Origin: a virus
Taxonomy: Duplodnaviria; Heunggongvirae; Uroviricota; Caudoviricetes
Length of the DNA: 30,771 nt
Virus record (IMG/VR): IMGVR_UViG_3300004481_001615
Reading direction: 5' to 3' (one strand)
The notes beneath the pieces are model-generated. The model was not told the DNA's origin and ran no database searches. It saw nothing but the letters and a program-made list of their open reading frames with translations. The stretch's first letter is position 1. Each line of letters starts with the position of its first letter. This document shows positions 22,466 to 29,988 of this stretch, in pieces. Both the position numbers and the translations under genes were made by a program.

Positions 22466-22834
22466 TTAAGGTATGAGGCCCACTTCTTTTAGTGAGTTCT
22501 CGAACCATTCCATTGTAAGCCAAAGTCGTTTGTTATGATGATAACTGATTTTTTTCTGGTCATTATAGATATGTGCTAGTTCATGGATAAGCACACCCAT
22601 TGACGGCACCTCGGGTATACAAATCTTTGCTTTTCCAATGTATGCTAGACCACCTGTATCCTCTCTGTACTTAATCTCTTTGATTTCGAACCTGAACTTG
22701 TTGCAAAGGAAGGCAACTACTTTATCAACTGTTTCCCTACTGAGATTAGACTGATAAAGATGTTTGAATGCTTGTCGTTCATCATAGTAGAACTTTAACT
22801 CATAACCCCTATAGCTACGACCCATCTTACACAT
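22466..22834 (-). CDS. SprT-like zinc metallopeptidase (HExxH)
   Basis: GGLAY...VLIHELAHIY...YHHNKRLW. Confidence 0.65.
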   Translation of the reverse strand: MCKMGRSYRGYELKFYYDERQAFKHLYQSNLSRETVDKVVAFLCNKFRFEIKEIKYREDTGGLAYIGKAKICIPEVPSMGVLIHELAHIYNDQKKISYHHNKRLWLTMEWFENSLKEVGLIP

Positions 22835-22860
22835 TCCCTCCCAAAAATAGAAATAAAAGA

Positions 22861-23460
22861 TTACTCTACTTTATACTCTCTGAGACCCCTAAAGCGCTTA
22901 CCATCAAAGGGAATAGGCTCATCAAAGACAACGATATTACCTGACTCGACATTACCGGACTCAACCATGTCTTTGACCTTTTCCATATCCTCTTCTGATA
23001 AGAGATATGTCCCACCAATTGCGAGAGAACCACAACCCCTTTCATCGAGAGAACCGAACCCACCTTCTTCATAGGTGTACGACTCTACACCTCTTTTGGC
23101 CAGCTCCTCAGGAACACTCATCCCTTTCTTGACAACATAGATGATACTCTTGACGATAAAGTAACCGAACACTATGGGATTGCCACGGTCATAAGACCCA
23201 AACCCAGACCGAGTTTGCTTCTCGCCTGTCGCCTTTGCTGTTTCTCTAGCAACCGTGTCCCTACGTTTGACCTCTTTGAAATAGGCTACACGTTCTGCTT
23301 CACTCATATCGGAGATGAGATAAACTTTCGACTCTCCGATTGTTATATCTTTTGGTACGAAGGGAATCTTTTTAGAGACGCCCATTTTTTTGGCTTCTGT
23401 TATGAAGCTCTCACGGGAATAAAATTTCCCGCCTACCCACATCATATAGTCCTTAACCAT
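22861..23460 (-). CDS. Hypothetical protein (199 aa), possibly PUA/ASCH-like
   Basis: GESKVYL...IVFGYFIVKSI resembles PUA-like strands; fold call is weak. Confidence 0.7.
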   Translation of the reverse strand: MVKDYMMWVGGKFYSRESFITEAKKMGVSKKIPFVPKDITIGESKVYLISDMSEAERVAYFKEVKRRDTVARETAKATGEKQTRSGFGSYDRGNPIVFGYFIVKSIIYVVKKGMSVPEELAKRGVESYTYEEGGFGSLDERGCGSLAIGGTYLLSEEDMEKVKDMVESGNVESGNIVVFDEPIPFDGKRFRGLREYKVE

Positions 23461-23492
23461 ATACCATCTAATAGACTATATGGTCCTTGACA

Positions 23493-23507
23493 TTTATAAA
23501 CGTTATG
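23493..23507 (-). promoter_or_regulatory. Conserved promoter module copy
   Basis: tttataaacgttatg, 33 nt before the ATG at 23460. Confidence 0.8.
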
Positions 23508-23530
23508 GTATAGATATCTTACTTATAAAA

Positions 23531-23776
23531 CTACCAACCCTGTCTCTTCCTAATTTTCAATGCCTTCTCTGCGATTGAAAACTGACCCAAATTTGGATAC
23601 TCCTTCTCTAGTTTAATCATAAGACTCTTCCACTTATCCATTTTCCATTGGCATAACATATTCTCTTGCCGGACTGTAAGCTCCTCTCCGTTCTTGAATT
23701 TTTTCTTAACAAATGCTAATTGTTTTCTGTATGATAAGTGCTCCCAATCTGTCGGTCTAATCACCTTCTTACGCAA
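23531..23776 (-). CDS. Basic hypothetical protein (81 aa, TTG start)
   Basis: GAGGT SD; second gene of a two-gene unit. Confidence 0.7.
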   Translation of the reverse strand: MRKKVIRPTDWEHLSYRKQLAFVKKKFKNGEELTVRQENMLCQWKMDKWKSLMIKLEKEYPNLGQFSIAEKALKIRKRQGW

Positions 23777-23798
23777 GAGAATACCTCAGCCTTTAAAG

Positions 23799-23987
23799 TT
23801 ACTTTATACCTAATAACCCTTTGTTACCACGAGCTCTTGCTTTGCTCCACTCTGTTGCTGTAAATGAAAAGTTTACACCACTGGCTGTTACCATGATTAT
23901 AACTTTCTTACCGTTCGTCCAACGAGCAAGTTTCGCATTCATAGAACCTCCCTGTTTCCAATTTCCCGATATGTTCTTTGCTGGCAT
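23799..23987 (-). CDS. Basic hypothetical protein (62 aa)
   Basis: ATG 24 nt after the promoter TATA. Confidence 0.75.
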   Translation of the reverse strand: MPAKNISGNWKQGGSMNAKLARWTNGKKVIIMVTASGVNFSFTATEWSKARARGNKGLLGIK

Positions 23988-24010
23988 GATAAAATAATGC
24001 TTATAATAGA

Positions 24011-24029
24011 TATTTAAATGTTATGAGAA
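24011..24029 (-). promoter_or_regulatory. Conserved promoter module copy
   Basis: Exact 19-mer tatttaaatgttatgagaa. Confidence 0.85.
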
Positions 24030-24035
24030 AAAAAA
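24028..24035 (-). terminator. Oligo-T (T8) archaeal-type terminator fused to the next promoter module
   Basis: A8 on the plus strand, 12 nt after the stop at 24048 and running into TTCTCATAACA. Confidence 0.5.
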
Positions 24036-24047
24036 GGATTGATGTGA

Positions 24048-24467
24048 TTACTCTTCGATTGTGTACACGCCGATATCTGCTTTCTTTTTTAGGATAGAGA
24101 CTTTCTTGCCCTCAGCTGTTAGCTGAGTTGTGAGGGAATCTGCTTCTGCATCTGTTGCTACGATAGCATGTAGTTTCTGGGTCTTACCGCCCCTTTTGGT
24201 CAGTTCGAGAAATTTCACACCTGATGGCCCAACTGTTTTGGGACCAGCCCGATGAGTCTTTGTTTGTGCACTCATATCTATACTAACTTGTTGGTCATTT
24301 ATAAATGTTTTTGTATGGTCGGGGCAACCCTTACCATACATGATATAAGAAACATGCATACCCGAGTTGGGTATTTTTGTACATGGGTTGTTACCACATG
24401 ATGAGCACTTCGCTAGCTCTCTGAGTTCTGTTGTATCGACTCGAGTTGTCTTATTAGAACCAGCCAT
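24048..24467 (-). CDS. Hypothetical protein with Cys/His N-terminal part; a shorter 75-aa form from ATG 24275 is likely
   Basis: CSSC...C...H...CPDH; an internal promoter module lies 23 nt before the in-frame ATG at 24275. Confidence 0.7.
   Translation of the reverse strand: MAGSNKTTRVDTTELRELAKCSSCGNNPCTKIPNSGMHVSYIMYGKGCPDHTKTFINDQQVSIDMSAQTKTHRAGPKTVGPSGVKFLELTKRGGKTQKLHAIVATDAEADSLTTQLTAEGKKVSILKKKADIGVYTIEE
24298..24311 (-). promoter_or_regulatory. Promoter module copy inside an ORF
   Basis: tttataaatgtttt (encodes KTFIN); 23 nt before the ATG at 24275. Confidence 0.6.
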
Positions 24468-24693
24468 CGTACATGTGCACCTTCATGGGTTTTTGTGCGT
24501 ACTGAACTGCGACCTCAGCCTCTTGGAGAGAGAAACCATACTGCTTACGTAGGTGTTTTACCATTGTTATCGGGTCACCGACCCCACCACAATTACAACA
24601 CTTGATAAGCTCGTTGTTTTGTTTGGTCTTAAAAACAACCAATTCTACAGATACCACTTTACCAACCTCCTTCTTACTACTTGACGCGACCAT
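24454..24693 (-). CDS. Small protein with a CxxC...H motif (possible Zn finger)
   Basis: CCNCGG...MVKHLRKQYG; ATG 24 nt after the promoter. Confidence 0.7.
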   Translation of the reverse strand: MVASSSKKEVGKVVSVELVVFKTKQNNELIKCCNCGGVGDPITMVKHLRKQYGFSLQEAEVAVQYAQKPMKVHMYDGWF

Positions 24694-24708
24694 GATTGGT
24701 ATAATGGT

Positions 24709-24732
24709 TCATAACATTAATAAATGTTATGA
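24709..24732 (-). promoter_or_regulatory. Palindromic promoter module copy
   Basis: tcataacatt-aata-aatgttatga: perfect 10-bp inverted repeat, abutting the TAA at 24733. Confidence 0.85.
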
Positions 24733-24936
24733 TTATTTCCGTCTGCGATATATAGCGTAAACTGTACCTATCCTACCGGGAACATTCGTATACTTATGGA
24801 TACGAACCTTCCAGCCCTGCTTTCTCTGGGTATTAGCAGAGATTAAAGCATTTGCTTTTGTGTTGTAATTAAAGTAATGAGTGTAAGTTTCTTTATTGTA
24901 CCGTCGGGTACTTAACATCTTAACCTTTCTTGGCAT
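24733..24936 (-). CDS. Small basic protein (67 aa)
   Basis: YNTKANALISANTQRKQGWKVRI...VYAIYRR; ATG 24 nt after the TATA box. Confidence 0.75.
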   Translation of the reverse strand: MPRKVKMLSTRRYNKETYTHYFNYNTKANALISANTQRKQGWKVRIHKYTNVPGRIGTVYAIYRRRK

Positions 24937-24944
24937 GATATAGA

Positions 24945-24980
24945 TATTCTCATAACGTATATTTAAATGTTATGAGAATA
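24945..24980 (-). promoter_or_regulatory. Palindromic promoter module copy
   Basis: tattctcataac-N12-gttatgagaata: perfect 12-bp arms enclosing the TATA box; includes the exact 19-mer at 24960. Confidence 0.85.
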
Positions 24981-25000
24981 GAAACGGGGGCGATACTTTT

Positions 25001-25312
25001 TTATTGTTTGATGAGAACCTCTTTAATCGACTTAATATCTTCTAAGGGTAGTTTTGCCTCGGTGTAGTGGATAAGTTTTTTGTCATCCATATGATAAGTA
25101 ATCTTATCACTTATCTTTCCCAACGCGAGACTTGCTTTTTGCAAGAGAACACTCATACCTGCCCGCTCATCATAAGTGGGAAGAGGTGAGTAAATCTCTT
25201 TGTTATAGATTATAGAACTTTTACTGGTCTCATCATAGTTTTTGATAAGACCCTCGATAATCTTTAATTGAGCATTTCTCAGCACAATTTCATCTGTCGC
25301 CATGTTAATCAA
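25001..25312 (-). CDS. Hypothetical protein (alternative ATG start 25303)
   Basis: Promoter module upstream; no family recognised. Confidence 0.75.
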   Translation of the reverse strand: MINMATDEIVLRNAQLKIIEGLIKNYDETSKSSIIYNKEIYSPLPTYDERAGMSVLLQKASLALGKISDKITYHMDDKKLIHYTEAKLPLEDIKSIKEVLIKQ

Positions 25313-25332
25313 TAGATATTAGTAAGATGTCA

Positions 25333-25348
25333 TTTATAAATGTTATGA
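25333..25348 (-). promoter_or_regulatory. Conserved promoter module copy
   Basis: Exact tttataaatgttatga. Confidence 0.85.
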
Positions 25349-25349
25349 T

Positions 25350-25523
25350 TTATTTTTTGATGTAAACAAACCACAAATCTTTGGTTGATTGTGATGGGAT
25401 TCCCTCAAGTTTGAGTAATATCCTTACAACTTGTGCTCTAGAAAAACCATCATTCTTGAGTGTCCGCATCATAAGAACCACATCGTCCTCTCTTCGTCTA
25501 TTTACACCATATCTTACGGTTAT
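25350..25523 (-). CDS. Unannotated ORF: 57 aa from ATA at 25523, or 40 aa from ATG at 25472 (ITVRYGVNRRREDDVVLMMRTLKNDGFSRAQVVRILLKLEGIPSQSTKDLWFVYIKK)
   Basis: Open frame fills the gap exactly; its TAA sits 1 nt from the next promoter module. Confidence 0.5.
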   Translation of the reverse strand: MTVRYGVNRRREDDVVLMMRTLKNDGFSRAQVVRILLKLEGIPSQSTKDLWFVYIKK

Positions 25524-25748
25524 TTACTTCACACCCCTTAACTTCTTGACCCACTCTTTATCCTCTTTGATTTTTACTCGGGAGTAGGCCATAGATTCTT
25601 TGTATTGTTTTATCTTTCTCTTACTCTCTTTGATATCCTGCTTTGAATGACCAATATTCCTCTGTTCTATGGTGATGGCCTCTTTTGCAGTTTTTATCCA
25701 TTTCTTCTTTTGCTCGATTTCTCGCTTGAAAGCATCTTTAGCGGACAT
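25524..25748 (-). CDS. Basic coiled-coil protein (74 aa)
   Basis: Heptad-like I/K pattern (IKTAKEAITIEQRNI...IKESKRKIKQYKE). Confidence 0.75.
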   Translation of the reverse strand: MSAKDAFKREIEQKKKWIKTAKEAITIEQRNIGHSKQDIKESKRKIKQYKESMAYSRVKIKEDKEWVKKLRGVK

Positions 25749-25776
25749 ATCTGATAAAAATATCTATCACAATGAT

Positions 25777-25795
25777 TATTTAAATGTTATGAGAA
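25777..25795 (-). promoter_or_regulatory. Conserved promoter module copy
   Basis: Exact 19-mer tatttaaatgttatgagaa, 4 nt from the stop at 25800. Confidence 0.85.
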
Positions 25796-25799
25796 AATA

Positions 25800-28790
25800 T
25801 TAGAAGTATGCAATTATTGTCAGCATTAGAACAACAATAGCGAATGTCACAGCGAGGACGATAATGTTTTTGCCTGTGGGTACGTTTCCCTGAGCAACGG
25901 CTAAGCCCAAGTATATAACAGATATTGCAACAACCACCTCGAGGACTTCTCCAATCTCTTTGAGTTCATCATTGAACCTCGGAAGCTCTTCACCAGTCAA
26001 GTACACGACGTCTGTTGCACCGGAAACAGTAGTTGATATCGTTGTAATAAGGAAGGATGATGTGGATGTGACTGTACAGAATGTAGTTGATAGAGTAGAT
26101 GAAATAGTGGATGAAAGTGTAGTATAAAGAGTAATAAGTGTTGTTGAGCTTAAGGTCTCTGATGTCGTACAACTTGTGGTTGTGGATTCTACTGTTGTAA
26201 GTGTCGTGGAGCTTATTGTCTGGGTAGATGTCACCGTTGATGTACATGAGAAAATAAATGTAGATGTTGTTGTCCATGTATTGAGATACCCCACAACCTG
26301 TCTCGACGCGAGGATACCTGAAAAAGTGTTGGCATATTGAAGGAAATAATTGTAATTGAGATAAAGACCGTAAGACAGGTCAGTTAATGAGTTATAGTAG
26401 ATTTCGTCTCCGTACCAATCGATTTCTGGGTCTGCAAGTTTAGCTTGTTGTTCTAGGGTCTCTTGTGAGGCGGGGATGTCTGAGTGTATCCCAAATGTTG
26501 ACGCGCCCGTTCCAGCCGACTCTTTGATGATTGTGTTGTTCCTGACAATAACATTTAGGTTAGGTGCATCATTACTGAAATGGATACCAATACAACTAAT
26601 TAATCCTCCATTGGGCTTATATGTGGGTGTGATATCAATATAGTTATACTGCACATAAAGACCATCAAATGCTTTTAATTTTATACCACTATTGTAACAT
26701 CCCCTTATTGTGTTATACTCTATCCTACCATCCCTACCCCAACCACTCACACCACCACCAGAAGAACCAGAAATCCCATACTGTGCGTCTTCGATTGTAT
26801 TATTGGAGATAATAAAATTATAAGCGTTCGTGACAGTTAGACCATAACGGTGACAATCAGTTAATGTAATGTTTGTAAAAGTATTGCCCTCTCCAGAAAG
26901 TTCCATTGCTTTATTAGCACCCAAGTAAAAGTTGTCATTGATTATTGCATTCTCAAATGTCATTCCTGCACCGAATTCGTGAAGGTCACTGCTACCATAT
27001 ATGCGAAACATTGGGTAGTCACCAAGTAATGGACCATGTATGAAGTATGGTGTGCCGTAAATATTATCTAAGCCATCAAAATCAGCATAGAGATAAATCC
27101 CATATACCTGATTAACAACGTACGCAAAGTTCACGGTAACGGTCAAACCAGCTGTGACAACAACACTCAATGGATTCGTCTCTGAGAACGCACTGTTATA
27201 ATACCAATTATAGAAGGCATAGTCACCGACACTATTCGAACCAGGAACAACCTTATAGGGTGTCGCAGTGAGTATTACGGTCTCGCCATTTTCATACACA
27301 TCTTTATTTGGGTTCTTAGAAACCGTACCCTCACCAACAATATTGATACTTAGAGAACTATCTAACATACCTTCCTGATAGGAGAGTGTTGCTGTCTGTT
27401 GCCACAACTCCATATAATCAGCAAGTGCCGTTTCTAGTTGTTCATCAGTCAGTTCCTCAGAGATTGTTGATAGCATGGTCTCGTACGCACTAAAAGTAAC
27501 ATTCTCTGCTGTAAACGCTATTGTTTGAACTGCATTAGTCCTATTAAGGTCATAGTACCATATATACCTTACTGTTTCATAGGGATTATAGGGGTCTTCG
27601 ACATAATCACCAACATAATTCCGTACGGCTCCATCTAAGAAACTCCTCATCGTACTATACACGGTGCCGTCAAAGGTAACACTATCTGTCCACGTTCCCG
27701 ACCCATTTGTAGGGATTGCACCAGCGTATGGAATATGAGGTTCGTACACACCTAAGATTGCTGGGTTACCGTAGGTTCCCCAGAAACAATTTAATGCACC
27801 CTCGTACCTATCATCACCAGTGAGTGCAACAAAAGAGGAAGCAGTACCATCATTGACAATATCCCAATAATTCTGTATGTTAATATAGAAGTCATCGTCT
27901 CCGTCTTCCTCATGGCCCGTGAATCTTATCATTTTTTGGACAGCGTGGCGGTAATTTACTGCACCGTAATCGGTAACAAGCTCGTCTGTTATATTTTTAA
28001 GGTGAACAGTTCTGATACCTGACTCACTTTCTGGTTTGATAACTGTTGCTTGACTTTCGATACTACTCTCATCATTTAGCGTCCACATCCGGATGACATT
28101 ATCCTCGACCATATAACCATTTGTAATTGTCTTGTATACGGCCTTTAATATACTGACTTCTGCAATGGCACCCTGACCAAAACGGTCCACCATGAGAATA
28201 GCATCTTCATTTCGACGATTATTCGAGCCAATCTTACTCGTCGGGTCTGTTAAATCAATCAGCACTTCTGTAACGTTATCGTAAAAGGCTAAGATTAATG
28301 ACGCTAATTCCCTGCCTCTTGTTCCTATACCGAGTGTATTATAATCGACACCGACATTCATTATAGTGTGCGCAACATCTAACTGGGTATAAGCAACAGC
28401 CATCCCTTTTTCGTTCATACCCCAAACAACAGTGTCCAGAGTTCTATCAGCGAACGGTGCCTTTGCACCACTCATTGTGTAGCTATTACAACCTGTGTAC
28501 GCGTAGGATGTGACCGACTGGTTAGTTGTTGTCTCCGCACCAGTTGCCCAGACGAGATAGAAGGTCTTACTAGGACAGTGGATTGGATATTCGTTCACAT
28601 TATTTGATGTGTCAGAATTTTTGGCTAGAAGTGCCCACGGGTCTCCCTCTGTTGGTCCATCGACGTATGTACCAGTTATGACAATTCCCGTGCATCCATC
28701 GAGTTCACTCTCAGCATTTGCAGAAAGTGTTGTCATAGACATTAAAAGTAGGGCACAAAAAAAGAGGGAGAAGAACTTTTTATTCCACAT
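25800..28790 (-). CDS. Secreted membrane-anchored multidomain protein: Ntn-hydrolase (C45/C69-like), InlB B-repeat-like domain, parallel beta-helix, Thr/Ser linker, two C-terminal TM (track start 28856)
   Basis: Signal MWNKKFFSLFFCALLLM; G|CTGIVITG...LLAKNSD and WGMNEKGMAV; GEGTV...YENGETVILTATP...FYNW...NPLSVVV...VTVNF; ISNNTI/IEYNTIRG/VRNNTI beta-helix rungs. Confidence 0.8.
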   Translation of the reverse strand: MWNKKFFSLFFCALLLMSMTTLSANAESELDGCTGIVITGTYVDGPTEGDPWALLAKNSDTSNNVNEYPIHCPSKTFYLVWATGAETTTNQSVTSYAYTGCNSYTMSGAKAPFADRTLDTVVWGMNEKGMAVAYTQLDVAHTIMNVGVDYNTLGIGTRGRELASLILAFYDNVTEVLIDLTDPTSKIGSNNRRNEDAILMVDRFGQGAIAEVSILKAVYKTITNGYMVEDNVIRMWTLNDESSIESQATVIKPESESGIRTVHLKNITDELVTDYGAVNYRHAVQKMIRFTGHEEDGDDDFYINIQNYWDIVNDGTASSFVALTGDDRYEGALNCFWGTYGNPAILGVYEPHIPYAGAIPTNGSGTWTDSVTFDGTVYSTMRSFLDGAVRNYVGDYVEDPYNPYETVRYIWYYDLNRTNAVQTIAFTAENVTFSAYETMLSTISEELTDEQLETALADYMELWQQTATLSYQEGMLDSSLSINIVGEGTVSKNPNKDVYENGETVILTATPYKVVPGSNSVGDYAFYNWYYNSAFSETNPLSVVVTAGLTVTVNFAYVVNQVYGIYLYADFDGLDNIYGTPYFIHGPLLGDYPMFRIYGSSDLHEFGAGMTFENAIINDNFYLGANKAMELSGEGNTFTNITLTDCHRYGLTVTNAYNFIISNNTIEDAQYGISGSSGGGVSGWGRDGRIEYNTIRGCYNSGIKLKAFDGLYVQYNYIDITPTYKPNGGLISCIGIHFSNDAPNLNVIVRNNTIIKESAGTGASTFGIHSDIPASQETLEQQAKLADPEIDWYGDEIYYNSLTDLSYGLYLNYNYFLQYANTFSGILASRQVVGYLNTWTTTSTFIFSCTSTVTSTQTISSTTLTTVESTTTSCTTSETLSSTTLITLYTTLSSTISSTLSTTFCTVTSTSSFLITTISTTVSGATDVVYLTGEELPRFNDELKEIGEVLEVVVAISVIYLGLAVAQGNVPTGKNIIVLAVTFAIVVLMLTIIAYF

Positions 28791-28814
28791 ATGGTATCTA
28801 AGACTGATATATTG

Positions 28815-28835
28815 TATAACATTTATAAATGTTTT
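28815..28835 (-). promoter_or_regulatory. Palindromic promoter module copy
   Basis: 16-bp perfect palindrome aacatttataaatgtt (28818-28833); 32 nt before the ATG at 28790. Confidence 0.75.
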
Positions 28836-28878
28836 TTGGGTATAGCACGTAGCCATGATAAAAATATGATATAGGTAC

Positions 28879-28897
28879 TATTAAAATGTTATGAGAA
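28879..28897 (-). promoter_or_regulatory. Promoter module copy (tandem with the previous one)
   Basis: tattaaaatgttatgagaa; 23 nt before the ATG at 28856. Confidence 0.75.
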
Positions 28898-28924
28898 AAT
28901 CTTTTTAGATATCAAATATGGATG

Positions 28925-29197
28925 TTAAATTACCCCTTTCTTGACTTTAACATTTATCGAGGGATACTTACCAAACCAGCCCTCACCTTTTACACCATAG
29001 ATGTGCATAATACTTCCTTTACCACAACACTCTAGAACTATCCTTCTAACAGTAGAAATCATTTTTCGTGTCGGACTCATACCACGGAACCCAGTAATAT
29101 AGATAGTATCAAGAGACTTTGCTTGTCTATAAAAACGAACGTCACTAAAGTGTTTTTTTAGTTCAGTCTTAACTTTTTTCCCCACATCTGTAACCAT
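28925..29197 (-). CDS. Basic hypothetical protein (MVTDVGKK...; track start 29221)
   Basis: ATG at 29197 is 31 nt after the TATA box; 29221 is only 7 nt away. Confidence 0.7.
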   Translation of the reverse strand: MVTDVGKKVKTELKKHFSDVRFYRQAKSLDTIYITGFRGMSPTRKMISTVRRIVLECCGKGSIMHIYGVKGEGWFGKYPSINVKVKKGVI

Positions 29198-29227
29198 GCG
29201 CAATCGATAGATAATTCTCATTATGTA

Positions 29228-29246
29228 TATTTAAATGTTATGAGAA
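29228..29246 (-). promoter_or_regulatory. Conserved promoter module copy
   Basis: Exact 19-mer; contains the TAA stop of the XPF gene (TTC TCA TAA). Confidence 0.85.
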
Positions 29247-29948
29247 AATTTTCTTAAAATGATTGATAACTTTCTCTGCTGTACGCTTTCCAATATCTTC
29301 CATAATAAGGTCCTTCGGGTCAGAGAGTGCAATATTAAGCAGACTCCCCTTGGCTTTGAGTAGTGCACGGGCACGGTTCTCTCCCAAACCCCTTATTGCT
29401 AAGAGAGAACGAAGCACTGGTTTGCTATCCTCGGTCTGTCCATTCTCATCCTCGACCTGTGGTGGTGATAGAGGCTCAACTCGTATTAGGGGCTCAGAGA
29501 GTTTGTTGTTTGTCCGTTCTAGGATTTGAGCTAGGTCCCATATTGAATCAACCATCAGGAGGGAGACACTACCCTGCTCACCATCTTGTGAGTGCTTCAG
29601 GAATGTACCCACAATAGCGGAGAATACAGACTTTCTGTCAGCTCCCATTTCTTCGATTGCTGATGATATCGACCCCTCGATAATCACAGCAGAGTGCTTG
29701 AATGTTGTTGAGAGAGCATGGAGTTGGGTATGTAAGTGACCTGATAGGAGTGAACCAATAAAGTCTTTAGCAGACTTCCGTTCGTCGATAAAGAAGATGA
29801 CTTCACCATATTCTCCTGTCACTTTTATGGGATGACCACAAACCTGAGCATCGGCAATGTTGAGTCGGCACATCTCATAGGGTACGTTCATCGCGGAGAG
29901 GAGGACGGGAAGGTCTGAGGGAACCTCACGGTAGTCTAGATAAATCAT
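29238..29948 (-). CDS. xpf: ERCC4/XPF-Mus81 family structure-specific nuclease, short form (nuclease plus HhH2)
   Basis: LDYRE, IADA, ERKSAKD, HTQL, VIIEG, then IRGLGENRARALL and DIGKRTAEKV HhH motifs. Confidence 0.88.
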   Translation of the reverse strand: MIYLDYREVPSDLPVLLSAMNVPYEMCRLNIADAQVCGHPIKVTGEYGEVIFFIDERKSAKDFIGSLLSGHLHTQLHALSTTFKHSAVIIEGSISSAIEEMGADRKSVFSAIVGTFLKHSQDGEQGSVSLLMVDSIWDLAQILERTNNKLSEPLIRVEPLSPPQVEDENGQTEDSKPVLRSLLAIRGLGENRARALLKAKGSLLNIALSDPKDLIMEDIGKRTAEKVINHFKKIFS

Positions 29949-29972
29949 ATTAAAAAAATAGGGGATTGGTCG

Positions 29973-29988
29973 TTTATAAATGTTATGA
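29973..29988 (-). promoter_or_regulatory. Conserved promoter module copy
   Basis: Exact tttataaatgttatga; ATG at 29948 is 25 nt downstream; stop of 29991 is 2 nt away. Confidence 0.85.

Noticed and set aside
15012-29617. Other nested or antisense track ORFs (e.g. 15012-15248, 16599-16931, 16946-17281, 18670-18900, 21918-22118, 23215-23490, 25381-25587, 25990-26277, 28609-28845, 29263-29529)
   Set aside because: They overlap genes with clear family motifs or promoter support and have no independent evidence.
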